Assembly (NCBI GenBank): GCA_963796965.1
Contig: CAWCNS010000004.1
Coordinates: 480,001-544,000 of the forward strand
Direction of reading: 5' to 3'
Length of the DNA: 64,000 nucleotides
Origin: Calditrichia bacterium
GTDB lineage: Bacteria > Calditrichota > Calditrichia > JAJRVZ01
The first letter of the stretch is position 1. Each line of letters starts with the position of its first letter. Position numbers and translations under genes: made by a program. Under the pieces are notes generated by a model that saw nothing but the letters and a program-made list of their open reading frames with translations, did not search any database and had not been told where the DNA came from. This document shows, piece after piece, positions 13,220 to 23,685 of the stretch.

Positions 13220-14842
13220 ATGTTATTACAGAGTATTCAGATAATTAGATTCAAACTTGTCACATATTTTTTTTCCATACTATTTTTAACTTGTTTGTCC
13301 TGCCATGCTGGGACAATGACTGAAAAGAACCAATCTGAAGAATATAGTTTTCCCAAGATGGAAGATCAAAGTACCGACACGATTAATCGTGTCGGTACAA
13401 AACATATCTATGATGTGGCTGATATGGATGAAGGAATGTTTCTCCTTAATTGGTTGATCTTGGGTCCCTTTCCCAATTGTGAGAATTGTCAGGAAACTTC
13501 ATTTACTCATGATGAAAGATGTGCAGGATTTTACATGGATTACTTACAATCCACAGGAGGTGAAAATACTTGCCGACCGAGCCCGGGAGATGTTGTATCT
13601 GTTCCAAAATTAAAGATAAAACGCACCTGGAAAACATATCAGAGTGATTCAAAAATAATTAACCTGCAAGATATTTTTCCGGAAAGTGATCAAATTGTTT
13701 CTTATGCTTATTGTGAGATCTACAGTTCGTCTCAAAAACGATTTGGCTTAACGGTTGGAAGCAATGATGGTGTTAAGATTTTTTTAAACGGTAATCCCAT
13801 CCATTTGGTACATCCGTCGCAAGGAAGAGGTGTAAATCGTGATGATGACTTCATTGAAATAACTTTAAAAAAAGGAAACAACACTCTTCTCCTAAAAAAT
13901 GAAAATGGCTATGGTCAATTTGGATTCATTGTCCGCCTGGTTGAATTAGGAACACCCCTGGCCGATTTAATTAGAACCAAGGGAGAACCGGTTGAATTAT
14001 CAAAAGGAGACCTATCGGCGATTTTTATTGATAATTATGCCTTTGGTGAAAATCATCGCGCCGGTTATAATGGGATCGCGGAATTAAAACATAGTGAATT
14101 AGACAGTAATCTGTTTGTTCCAAATTACGCTGGATTTAATCTGGAGCATATCTTTAGCAGCGATAGTCTGGTTCAGTTATTTGAACCCCGGCGTAATCCC
14201 ATGTCTTTAAAAAAAATATCTGATACAGAAGTGGTTCTCCATCAGCCGACAACCCCAATATCTCATGTTGAAAGTTGGACAACATTTAAAATGGTCACTC
14301 CGCATTATGTGGATGTTACGTTTCGTTGTATTATACAATCCGAAGATTTCTTTCAGAATAATCTGGCCGGCCTGTTTTGGGCCAGTTATATCAATGCTCC
14401 CCCGGACAAAAAAATTTATTTTTGGGGAAGGAAAAAAGAAGAAAAATTATATCAGTGGATTGGGGCCTGGTCGCCTGGTCATGGCATAGAGAGTACCCAT
14501 ATAGGTGAAAAGGATAAATTAGATCTCTGTACTGCTCCGGGATTTAATGTGGTTTTAGCCAACCACTTTTCCGATTTTTTATTTAAGGATGCCTTTTACT
14601 ACGGACGATATAATGATTTGGTTTTTGCTTATTTATTTTCAACTGAGGGTGACCAAACAATCCGCTTCTCGCAATCGCCAAATGGTGGGGGAGGACCAAA
14701 CCCGGCATGGGATTTCCAGTTTATTATCCCCGATTATGAAGTAGGAAAAAAATATTCTTTTAATTGTCGTCTTATTTATAAGAAATTTATTTCCCCAGAT
14801 GATATCAAAGAAGAGTTTGAACGATGGCAAGAACATAAATAA
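13220..14842 (+). CDS. Secreted two-domain hypothetical protein (PA14-like beta-sandwich plus a possibly mutarotase-like domain)
   Basis: Hydrophobic N-terminus with Cys residues; WLILGPFPN...GSNDGVKIFLNG...LKKGNNTLLLK module; C-terminal HRAGYNGIA...FEPR...NPAWDFQ domain. The fold call is an inference. Confidence 0.6.
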   Translation: MLLQSIQIIRFKLVTYFFSILFLTCLSCHAGTMTEKNQSEEYSFPKMEDQSTDTINRVGTKHIYDVADMDEGMFLLNWLILGPFPNCENCQETSFTHDERCAGFYMDYLQSTGGENTCRPSPGDVVSVPKLKIKRTWKTYQSDSKIINLQDIFPESDQIVSYAYCEIYSSSQKRFGLTVGSNDGVKIFLNGNPIHLVHPSQGRGVNRDDDFIEITLKKGNNTLLLKNENGYGQFGFIVRLVELGTPLADLIRTKGEPVELSKGDLSAIFIDNYAFGENHRAGYNGIAELKHSELDSNLFVPNYAGFNLEHIFSSDSLVQLFEPRRNPMSLKKISDTEVVLHQPTTPISHVESWTTFKMVTPHYVDVTFRCIIQSEDFFQNNLAGLFWASYINAPPDKKIYFWGRKKEEKLYQWIGAWSPGHGIESTHIGEKDKLDLCTAPGFNVVLANHFSDFLFKDAFYYGRYNDLVFAYLFSTEGDQTIRFSQSPNGGGGPNPAWDFQFIIPDYEVGKKYSFNCRLIYKKFISPDDIKEEFERWQEHK

Positions 14843-14909
14843 ATACCTGGTCAAGACAATACAAATACACGCTAAATCAAAGACGAAGAATATATAATAA
14901 TTTGGTAAA

Positions 14910-16019
14910 ATGAAGAAAGCGATCGATTCAAACGTCTGTGCAAGTGGCAGTGTTTCGATTGGGGTGATGCATGGCGAGGGTGGATTTATTTTTGATGAAT
15001 CCTATTACTTTGATCCGGAGCACCGCTGGCAACAAGATCTGGAAATAGCGCGATGGTGTGAAAGAAAGTTCAGTCCTTACCCTATTTACAATGCAGAAGC
15101 CCACTTAGTGCAGTTACACCAACAACCTTATCCTTATCGTCAAGTGGGGGGCTTGCAGCCAAATTTGATTATGGGTGCCGCCTTAGGGTCAAATCTAATT
15201 TTCCCGGGCAATACTGATCCGGACATCTCGGCAGTATCAAAATTAAGTTTGGCTGAAGGTGACCAATATGAATGGAAGAGCAAGGAACCTGTTAAGACAT
15301 TCCTTACACAGATCGATTTTCTAAATCAAAAATATAGTCATCAGGATGTAGATGTATACCCGCCCTTTTTTTGGGACCGATCCGGTCGGGCGACTATTCA
15401 TGGTCCGCTTACAACGGCGGTAAAACTATTTGGTGAGGATTTTTTTACACTTCCCTACACTGATTTTAAATATGCGGAAAAAATTATTCAGTGGATCACG
15501 ACATCGTATCTGAAATTAATCCAGATTTTTGCCGGTAGTGCGGGCATTAATTTTAATGATATTCATATAGGTGAATGTTCGGGAAGTCTTTTTCCACCGG
15601 ATATTTGGGAAAGTTTGGCTGTTCCAGCAATGAAGAAACTAGCCGATGCGGCCGGATCGGTAAGAATCCATTCCTGTGGACGTTCCGACCATCTTTTTGA
15701 TCAGATAAAAAGAGTCGACCACTTAACCTGCCTGAATATCGGATCAGGGAGCAGTCTAAAACTGGCAAGAGAAAAATTTGGGACCGATCTTAAGATTGAT
15801 CTTATACCTGCTATTCATCTATTGAATGATGGTCAGGTAGATGATATTAAATTATGGATAGATCAATGTCTAAGTGAGAATGATGACGGTCCTCTGCATA
15901 TACAGTTCCATTATGATATTGGTATGCCCTTTAAAAATATTAAAAGGATATTTGATACTCTTGATGCGTATGGTGTATCATTTACTTATGACTCACTTGT
16001 CGCCCGATGGGTATCATGA
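14910..16019 (+). CDS. Uroporphyrinogen decarboxylase / MtaA-CmuA methyltransferase-like superfamily protein
   Basis: GPLTTAVKLFGEDFF, IGECSGSLFPP, IHSCG and SLKLAREKFG match the URO-D/CIMS barrel pattern; no signal peptide. Confidence 0.65.
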   Translation: MKKAIDSNVCASGSVSIGVMHGEGGFIFDESYYFDPEHRWQQDLEIARWCERKFSPYPIYNAEAHLVQLHQQPYPYRQVGGLQPNLIMGAALGSNLIFPGNTDPDISAVSKLSLAEGDQYEWKSKEPVKTFLTQIDFLNQKYSHQDVDVYPPFFWDRSGRATIHGPLTTAVKLFGEDFFTLPYTDFKYAEKIIQWITTSYLKLIQIFAGSAGINFNDIHIGECSGSLFPPDIWESLAVPAMKKLADAAGSVRIHSCGRSDHLFDQIKRVDHLTCLNIGSGSSLKLAREKFGTDLKIDLIPAIHLLNDGQVDDIKLWIDQCLSENDDGPLHIQFHYDIGMPFKNIKRIFDTLDAYGVSFTYDSLVARWVS

Positions 16020-16068
16020 GGTAGTCGGTTTTTGGTAATTCATATTAAACATGTCTCGATAAAAGATT

Positions 16069-16159
16069 GTCATGTTGAACCCTGACCTGTCGCCAGGACC
16101 GGCTTGTTTGAGCATCTCAGATTTAGTTTGTATAGATCCTGAAATAAATTCAGGATGAC
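16069..16159. repeat. REP-like element, family A, with an internal insert
   Basis: GTCATGTTGAAC[CCTGACCTGTCGCCAGGACCGG]CTTGTTTGAGCATCT...AGATCCTGAAATAAATTCAGGATGAC. Confidence 0.8.
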
Positions 16160-16243
16160 TTCAACTCTAAATCAATCAACAAATCAACACATATTATCCT
16201 ATTGAGAATTCACTATTTATATTTCATTACGAAAGGAGTCAAA

Positions 16244-18125
16244 ATGAACTTATTTTCACTAAAAAGAATCTCGGCATATCAAATGGTGCTTCTGGTAATT
16301 TTTTCCATTATTTATTTTTCATGTGCCGATACCGCCAAGGAAATCGATGATGTCTTCAATTATGCGCAGAAGAGAAAAGCGGATCTTCGTCTCAGTAGTT
16401 ATATTACGGCACATTCTGTGCAAAATTTACTTAGTACCGAAGAGGGGCGGAGGGAGGCTCTTTCCCTTTTTCGCTGTAATGGGATCACCAAAGCATATGT
16501 TGAGGTTTATCGGGGTGGTTTAACGGTAGAGAAAAAGGTGCTGGAGGAAGCGCGTGATTTTTTTCTGAAAAATAACATCGATGTTGTGGGAGGTATTGCA
16601 ACTGTACCGGGAAAAAATTTTGGTGTCCGTCAGGAAGCAAAATTAGGCTGGTTCAACTGGCAAAATCAGAAGACCCAGGATGATTTAAAAGAGGTCATGA
16701 TAATGGCAGCCGGTGTTTTCGATGAATTTATTATCGATGATTTTTTCTGTAGTGGGGATACCAGTGCTGAATCGAAAGCGGCAAAGGGCGATCGCTCTTG
16801 GTCAGAGTACCGCATGGAATTGTTATCGGATCTGGCAACCAAGCTGTTTATTGATCCCGCCAGGGAAGTTAATCCTAATATCACCATGATTATAAAATAT
16901 CCACAATGGTACGATCGTTTTCATATGTTTGGATATGATGTGTTACGGGCGCCTGCTTTATTTGATAAGGTATGGGTAGGTACGGAAAGCCGCGGGCAGT
17001 ATACGCAAAGATATGGCTTTGTCCAGCCCTATGAGGGATTTGTAAATTTCCGTTGGCTGGCAAGTTTGTCACAGGGAAAAATCTCCGGGGCCTGGTTTGA
17101 CCACGGTGATTGTGATGCGGATGATTTTATCGAACAAGCGTATCAGTCCGTGTTAGCAGGTGCGAAGGAGATAGTCATCTTTCACTATGGAATGTTGGTA
17201 AAAGGCCATCCTGGCCATCATCTTGTTCGCACCCAGTTTCACCAATTGGCAGATCTGGCGGCGGCTGTGGCAAAAAATCCTGTTGAGGGTGTAACAGGTT
17301 ACAAACCAGCGCATAGTGATGCGGGGGGGGATCTGTATATTATGGACTTTATCGGCATGTTTGGGGTGCCTCTGGTTCCTGTATCTACTTATCCTGCTGA
17401 AAGTAAAGTAATCTTTTTGCCAACCCAAGCGGCAACAGACCTGGATATCTTGTCAAAAATTGAGCAATCTCTGGCGAAAAAGGCAACATTTATTTTTACG
17501 GCGGGTTTTCTGGCCAACGCTGAGAATGGTGAGAAGTTAGCCGAGATGGCTGGAATCAAATGGCCGGTAAAAATCTCGCCAGTTACAGCCAAATATATTA
17601 TAAATGATGGCAAGAGTGAAAAGATTAAGCATGGTCTGGATCTTGAATCCAAAATTGGCACAACAAAAGCAAAAGTTTTATTGAGCGCAAAAGCAGGTTC
17701 AGCCAGTTATCCTTTTCTTACAGAAAACAATTTTAATGGAACCAAAATATTTACTCTCAATACGCATACTTTTTCCCAGGCTGATTTCGATCGCGTGGGA
17801 GAGGTTCTTCTTTGTCCCAAACCGCTAGGATTGCTTGAAGTCCCTCAGGAGCTGGGCAAATACGATCCGCCAGGCATTTAATTCACCTTTGAATTTGGAT
17901 ATGGATGCACCAACCCGTGTTGCATTGCAAACCCTTGGAAACACAGGTTGGATAATCCATAATTATAATAAGGGTGACGTGGAAATTAAATTCACTGCAG
18001 AAGGTAGTGATAGTGGTAAACTTGTAGAAAAATTAAGTGGTGAAAAAATAACAGGTCAAGGAAAAAAATTGTCCATTAAACTAAAACCAAGATCAAGAAA
18101 GTGGTTGAAATTAGATAGCAAATAA
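16244..18125 (+). CDS. Putative lipoprotein, unclassified TIM-barrel glycosidase-like protein; frameshift near 17850
   Basis: AAGGAG precedes ATG at 16244; YFSC lipobox-like site; FDEFIIDDFF, IIKYPQWYD, WVGTESR, GAWFD. ORF 17835-18125 supplies the C-terminus. Confidence 0.65.
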
Positions 18126-18176
18126 ATCAGTTTATTGTTCCGACGTTAGGATCTGTAAACAAAAAAATATCTCACC

Positions 18177-18272
18177 TGACATTCTGTAAGGATCTTACTT
18201 CTTGTCAATCGGGTGCGGCATGAGGGAAGATTCCTTTCCCGAGACGCAATCCCGTTCCGGGACGGAATGACA
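18177..18272. repeat. Palindromic intergenic element, family B
   Basis: TGACATTCTGTAAGGATCTT...GAAGATTCCTTTCCCGAGACGCAATCCCGTTCCGGGACGGAATGACA; close copy at 41645-41741. Confidence 0.85.
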
Positions 18273-18382
18273 ACATTATAATATCCAAAGAAAACTATAC
18301 ACAATTACTATGTTGATTTACCGATTATAAAATATTACTCATATCAGAAAAATTTATTTAATACAATGGGACAGGAAAATCC

Positions 18383-20758
18383 ATGAATAGGAATATCAAT
18401 AATATCACGTCACTTTTTTTATTAGGATTATTATTAATTATAAGTGGTTGTACAAATGAGCAACAACCAAATACTGACTTGATTCTTTGGTACCAGCAAC
18501 CTGCTGAGAAATGGACTGAGGCTCTTCCGGTTGGTAATGGCAGATTAGGTGCTATGATTTTTGGAGGCGTGGCGAAAGAACGTATCCAGCTTAATGAAGA
18601 AAGCCTCTGGGCCGGTGAACCGATCAATAATAATAATCCTAAAGCAGCCGGGTATCTTCCCCAAATTCAGCAGTTGTTACTTGATGGTCAAATCAAAAAA
18701 GCTGGTAAACTGGCTGAGAAATATCTCTTAGGTACACCGCCGCGTATTCGCTCCTATCAGACCTTGGGAGATTTATGGTTGGAATCTGATTTGGGAGATA
18801 AAAATGTTAATGAGTACCGTCGGGAACTTGATCTGTCTAACGGTATCTCTATGGTTACATACAACATTCAAGGCACTACGTATAGGTACCAGACGTTTGT
18901 TTCCGCTCCTGATAATGTGATTATTATTCGAATCGAGGCCGATAAGCAAGCAATGATTAATCTTAATATAGGCTTAGAAAGAAAGATGGATGCACAGACC
19001 GTTTCACTTTCTGATCAAAGCCTACTCCTCGAGGGACAGATAAATGATACGCTTGATGTTCTCCGCGGTCCTGCCGGTAAACATATGAAATTTGCAGCTC
19101 GTTTAATCGCCCTTAATGTTGGTGGTAAAATTGTTGCTGAAAATAATTATTTAAAAGCAGAAAAAGTCGATGCCCTCACCTTGATGCTTACAGCAGCCAC
19201 AAATTATAACAGGGAAAAACTTGGTTTTGACCACACCATGGATCCCTTAAAAATTTGTGATATGATTCTGACAAAGGCTCAGGGTAAATCAATGGCTGAT
19301 TTGAATAAAAGGCATGTGGAAGATCATCAGGAAATTTTTAACCGGGTAGAATTAAATCTTGGCAATGACAAAAAGTCCAATCTTCCAACTGATAAACGAT
19401 TACAACTTGTAAAAGACGGTGCTGAAGATCCCCAATTAATTGCATTATATTTTCAGTATGGTCGTTATCTATTGATGGGGTCTTCGCGCGAACCGGGGGT
19501 TTTGCCTGCCAATCTGCAGGGAATATGGAATGAGCATTTCTCTGCCCCCTGGAGTTCGGATTTTCATACCAATATCAATCTTCAAATGAATTACTGGCCT
19601 GCAGATATGTGCAATCTTTCTGAAATGGTTAAGCCCCTGAGTGGATTTTTTACACAGCTTATGAAACCAGGTGGAATCACAGCACAAGAGATGTATGGCG
19701 CAAAAGGTTGGGTCATGCATCATGTAACCGATCCCTTCGGCCGAACGGGTTTGATGGATGGTGTACATTGGGGGACTTCACCTCTGGCCGGAGCCTGGAT
19801 GATGATGACTTTCTGGCGTCATTATCAATTTACCCGGGATGACATTTATCTTGCACAAGAAGGATATCCGATGATGAAACAGGCGGCGCAGTTTATTCTC
19901 GATTTTTTGATTGAAGATAAAGACGGGCAATTGGTAACAGCCCCTTCAATGTCGCCGGAAAATGCCTATATATTACCAGGTGAAAAAACAAAATATCAGT
20001 TAACATATTCGGCAACCATTGATATTCAGATCATTCAGGAATTATTCGACGCCTGTATCAGCGCTTCAGAAATTCTGGGAAAAGATGCTGCTTTTGCTTC
20101 ACAATTAAAAGAAACATTAGAACGACTACCAGCTATAAAAATTGGTAAAGATGGGACTATACAGGAGTGGATTGAAGATTATGATGAGGCTGAACCTGGT
20201 CACAGGCACATGTCCCACCTATTCGGTTTGCACCCTGGGACAAAAATAACCCCTGACACACCTGAACTATTTGCAGCGGCAAAAAAGACAATTGAAAAAC
20301 GTCTCTCACATGGCGGTGGTCATACGGGCTGGAGCCGGGCCTGGATTATAAACTTTTATGCCAGATTACTAGATGGAGAAAAAGCCCATCAACATGTACT
20401 TGATTTGCTAAGAAAATCCACGCTTCCCAATTTATTTGATACCCATCCCCCGTTTCAAATTGATGGAAATTTCGGAGGCACTTCGGGTATCGCTGAGATG
20501 CTTCTGCAAAGCCCCAATAATGTTGTTCATATATTACCAGCCTTGCCTAAAGCATGGCCCAAGGGCTTCATTAAAGGCTTGAAAACCCGTGGTAATTTTG
20601 AGGTTGACATTTACTGGGCAGCAGGGAACTTGGAAAAAGTACAATTAAAATCTCTGTCAGGCGGATTGGCACGAATAATGTATAACAATCAGATAAGGGA
20701 AATTGCCACGGAGAAGGGTGAAACTTATCTGTTCAGTGAGAATTTGAACCAGGATTAA
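18383..20758 (+). CDS. GH95 alpha-1,2-L-fucosidase family lipoprotein
   Basis: ISGC lipobox; EALPVGNGRLGAM, FQYGRYLL, ANLQGIWN, NINLQMNYW, SPEN, HRHMSHL, GWSRAW, PFQIDGNFG. Confidence 0.95.
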   Translation: MNRNINNITSLFLLGLLLIISGCTNEQQPNTDLILWYQQPAEKWTEALPVGNGRLGAMIFGGVAKERIQLNEESLWAGEPINNNNPKAAGYLPQIQQLLLDGQIKKAGKLAEKYLLGTPPRIRSYQTLGDLWLESDLGDKNVNEYRRELDLSNGISMVTYNIQGTTYRYQTFVSAPDNVIIIRIEADKQAMINLNIGLERKMDAQTVSLSDQSLLLEGQINDTLDVLRGPAGKHMKFAARLIALNVGGKIVAENNYLKAEKVDALTLMLTAATNYNREKLGFDHTMDPLKICDMILTKAQGKSMADLNKRHVEDHQEIFNRVELNLGNDKKSNLPTDKRLQLVKDGAEDPQLIALYFQYGRYLLMGSSREPGVLPANLQGIWNEHFSAPWSSDFHTNINLQMNYWPADMCNLSEMVKPLSGFFTQLMKPGGITAQEMYGAKGWVMHHVTDPFGRTGLMDGVHWGTSPLAGAWMMMTFWRHYQFTRDDIYLAQEGYPMMKQAAQFILDFLIEDKDGQLVTAPSMSPENAYILPGEKTKYQLTYSATIDIQIIQELFDACISASEILGKDAAFASQLKETLERLPAIKIGKDGTIQEWIEDYDEAEPGHRHMSHLFGLHPGTKITPDTPELFAAAKKTIEKRLSHGGGHTGWSRAWIINFYARLLDGEKAHQHVLDLLRKSTLPNLFDTHPPFQIDGNFGGTSGIAEMLLQSPNNVVHILPALPKAWPKGFIKGLKTRGNFEVDIYWAAGNLEKVQLKSLSGGLARIMYNNQIREIATEKGETYLFSENLNQD

Positions 20759-20832
20759 AGGGATTTAAGGATTATCTAAACTATATAATAATAATCCTGT
20801 TCATCCTTTAATCCAAAAATTCCCCGTACAGA
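20744..20832. repeat. Family E (CAGGATT/AATCCTG) inverted-repeat element overlapping the GH95 stop codon
   Basis: TTGAACCAGGATTAAAGGGATTTAAGGATT ... TAATCCTGTTCATCCTTTAATCC. Confidence 0.7.
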
Positions 20833-20873
20833 TATTTTTTTAGTTTCCTTGTAGAGAATAGAAGGGTATACAA

Positions 20874-21803
20874 ATGAAACGTCGACACTTTCTTCAACTT
20901 TCAAGCATAGCCGGGTTAGGAACGGTAATACCGGCAGGATGCACTGGTACTGAAAAAAGATACCAGGGTGGTAAAAGTCCCTGGCCTATTTGTATGAATG
21001 CCAGTACGATAAGACCAACGCCATTACTGGAAAAGATAAAAGTAACAACAGAAACAGGTTATGATGGAATTGAACTTTGGATCAACGAGTTAAATAAATA
21101 TGAACAAGATGGTGGAGATTTAAAAGATCTTGGCGTACAAATTAAGGAATCGGGTTTGATTGTACCAAATGTCATCGGCCTTTGGGATTGCATGCCTATG
21201 GATAATCAAGCCTTTAAGGCTTCGTTGCCTGCAACAAAAAAAAGAATGCGTCAATCGGCTGATGTAGGTTCTAATCACATCGCAGCAATTCCCGTTCCTG
21301 ACCGTGAAGATTTTGATTTGAAAATTGGAACATCCAGATATAAAGAATTATTAAAAATTGGGCGTGAGGAATTTGGCATTATTGTCGCTTTTGAATTTGT
21401 CGGTTTTTTTAAAGGTGTATATCGGTTGGGACAAGCGGCGGCTATTGCACTGGATATCAATGATTCTGATGCCTGTTTAATCATGGATAGTTTCCATTTG
21501 TATCGTGGTGGATCAGGTTTTAATGGTGTCAAACATCTGCAGGGTAAATTCATTGCCGATTTTCACATTAATGATGTGCCGCGTGATCTCGAGAAATCAA
21601 CACTTGGCGATAAAGACAGACTTTATCCTGGAGATGGCATTCTCCCCTTAGTTCAGTTATTCAAAGATTTAAAAATGATTGGATATTCTGGACCCCTCTC
21701 TTTGGAAATATTTAACAAGATAGAATATAAGAAAGATCCTTCCCTGGTGGGGAAAACCGGTAAACAAAAAATCATAGATTTAATTATAGGGGCTGGAGTA
21801 TAG
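20874..21803 (+). CDS. Tat-exported sugar phosphate isomerase/epimerase (xylose isomerase-like TIM barrel, AP_endonuc_2)
   Basis: KRRHFLQ Tat motif; GYDGIELW, AFEF, MDSFH, HINDV, RLYPGDG, SLEIFN metal-ligand pattern. Confidence 0.9.
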   Translation: MKRRHFLQLSSIAGLGTVIPAGCTGTEKRYQGGKSPWPICMNASTIRPTPLLEKIKVTTETGYDGIELWINELNKYEQDGGDLKDLGVQIKESGLIVPNVIGLWDCMPMDNQAFKASLPATKKRMRQSADVGSNHIAAIPVPDREDFDLKIGTSRYKELLKIGREEFGIIVAFEFVGFFKGVYRLGQAAAIALDINDSDACLIMDSFHLYRGGSGFNGVKHLQGKFIADFHINDVPRDLEKSTLGDKDRLYPGDGILPLVQLFKDLKMIGYSGPLSLEIFNKIEYKKDPSLVGKTGKQKIIDLIIGAGV

Positions 21804-21924
21804 CAAATCTAAGAGATAGATAAAAGAAAAAAATCTTGAACAGACTTTGACTTTTCGTTTATCTTTAATTGTATCGAGTTCCCTCGTTTTAGTGAGAGAT
21901 TTATTTCATATTGTTGAGGCAAAA

Positions 21925-23451
21925 ATGGATAGAAGAGGATTGATTTTAAGTATTTTTATTATTTGCACGATCCAGCAAGGTTTTACCCGGGATACGATGC
22001 GCGGCATGGTTTTCCTGGATGAAAATAAGAATAGTATCCAGGATGCAGGTGAACCGGGGATTAAGGATGTACTCGTCTCTAATAGCCTGGATGTTGTAAA
22101 AACGGATAAAAACGGAAATTGGGAATTATCAATAACAAGGGATTCTCTTTTTTTTGTCATCAAACCATCCGGCTATGCTGTTCCCCTAAATAAGAACATG
22201 ATCCCACAGCATTCTTATTCAGTCTCCCCGGATTTTAGCAAATCGTCAGAACCTATTAATTTTCCCTTATATATTCAAAATGAATCAGCACCCTTTTCAG
22301 CACTCCTCTTTGGTGATACACAGGCTCGCGGCTTACGCGAGGTAAATTTTATTACCCATGATGTGGTAGAGGAATGTATAGGAACCGATGCAACATTTGG
22401 TGTGACCCTGGGTGATCTAGTCGCTGATGACCCAAATCTCTTCGCTGAAATCAGCCAAAGCATTGGTAAAATAGGCATTCCCTGGTATAATATTTTTGGA
22501 AATCATGATTCCAACCGGGATGCAACTAATAACCGCGACAGGGATAGAACATTTGAACATTATTTCGGTCCCAGTACCTATGCTTATGAATATGGAGAGG
22601 TAGTATTTATTGGAATCAATAACATATTTTTTAAACAGGGTGGTAAATACCGACCGGGTTTTACTGAAGAACAGATTAAGTTCATTGGAAACTATCTCTC
22701 CTATGTTCCGGAAAGTAAACTCATTGTTTTGATGATGCATGCACCGATAATTGCCTGTGAAAGAAAAGAAGAATTATTCAGACTGATTGAAAACCGTCCA
22801 AATACATTTTCAATCTCCGCTCATTTACACACCCAAGCTCATTTGTTTATAGACGAAAAATTTGGCTGGGAGGGATTGCAACCTCATCACCATTTTGTCA
22901 ATGCAACCGTTTCCGGTAGTTGGTGGTGCGGAATGATTGATGAAGTAGGTATACCCCATGCCACAATGAATGATGGCGCACCAAATGGCTATTCAATTAT
23001 CACGTTTGATGGCACTGCTTATAGCATAGCTTTCAAAGCGGCCAGGCGCCCGGCCACCTATCAGATGAATATCTATCTTCCGGATGATATTGAAACCACA
23101 GGATTAGACACTACGAAAATTTTAGTAAATGTGTTTGCCGGATCAGAGCGCTCAACAGTTAAGATCAAAATTGATGATCAAGAGGAGTGGATGGCTCTAA
23201 ATAAAGTTAGAGCAGCCGATCCGGAAGGATTGAGAATGCATAAACTTAGTCCCTATCTTGATTATAAAGTAAATGGTCAAGCATTAGAGGAAGTATTTGG
23301 CTGGAAAATGGACTATCCCAGTAAATGCAGACATATGTGGCAAGGCTCACTTCCCAAGACGCTTCCTGTCGGAACACACCGTGTTACTGTCAGGACTACT
23401 GACATGTTTTATCAATCATATGAAGCCCATAGAATTTTCCGTGTTCGATGA
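21925..23451 (+). CDS. Secreted calcineurin-like metallophosphoesterase with N- and C-terminal extra domains
   Basis: GAGG precedes ATG at 21925; GMVFLDENKN...EPGI, GDTQ, LGDLVAD, GNHD, MMHAP, AHLH, SGSWW, DGAPNGY. Confidence 0.88.
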   Translation: MDRRGLILSIFIICTIQQGFTRDTMRGMVFLDENKNSIQDAGEPGIKDVLVSNSLDVVKTDKNGNWELSITRDSLFFVIKPSGYAVPLNKNMIPQHSYSVSPDFSKSSEPINFPLYIQNESAPFSALLFGDTQARGLREVNFITHDVVEECIGTDATFGVTLGDLVADDPNLFAEISQSIGKIGIPWYNIFGNHDSNRDATNNRDRDRTFEHYFGPSTYAYEYGEVVFIGINNIFFKQGGKYRPGFTEEQIKFIGNYLSYVPESKLIVLMMHAPIIACERKEELFRLIENRPNTFSISAHLHTQAHLFIDEKFGWEGLQPHHHFVNATVSGSWWCGMIDEVGIPHATMNDGAPNGYSIITFDGTAYSIAFKAARRPATYQMNIYLPDDIETTGLDTTKILVNVFAGSERSTVKIKIDDQEEWMALNKVRAADPEGLRMHKLSPYLDYKVNGQALEEVFGWKMDYPSKCRHMWQGSLPKTLPVGTHRVTVRTTDMFYQSYEAHRIFRVR

Positions 23452-23495
23452 CAATTTATAGTCAAATATGCTTTTGATCAGGTATAAGATTTATT

Positions 23496-23658
23496 TTACC
23501 GCAAAGAGCGCAAAGGAGACGCAAAGTCCGCAAAGAAAAATTATTAAAAGTGTTAATGTAAATATCTGTGCTCCTTCATTCTCACTTCAGATTTTATATG
23601 AAAAAAAATATGTAAAATCTCTGCGTTCTTTGCGCCTTCTTAGCGTCTTTGCGGTTAA
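23496..23658. repeat. Family C inverted-repeat element of tandem CGCAAAG units
   Basis: Left arm TTACCGCAAAGAGCGCAAAGGAGACGCAAAGTCCGCAAAG; right arm CTCTGCGTTCTTTGCGCCTTCTTAGCGTCTTTGCGGTTAA; AT-rich spacer. Confidence 0.88.
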
Positions 23659-23685
23659 TAGAAAATATACATAAGGGAACAATTA

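Noticed and set aside
14910..16019. hemE assignment
   Set aside because: It lacks the N-terminal RQAGRY motif of true uroporphyrinogen decarboxylases, and no heme genes are nearby.
21847..21876. TTGACTTTT…AATTGTAT similarity to the 35760 promoter candidate
   Set aside because: There is no acceptable -10 element at canonical spacing, and the match is too weak in AT-rich DNA.
23468..23674. 68-aa ORF (…AKSAKETQSPQR…SLRSLRLLSVFAV…)
   Set aside because: It is a translation of the family C repeat arms, with no evidence of a real protein.
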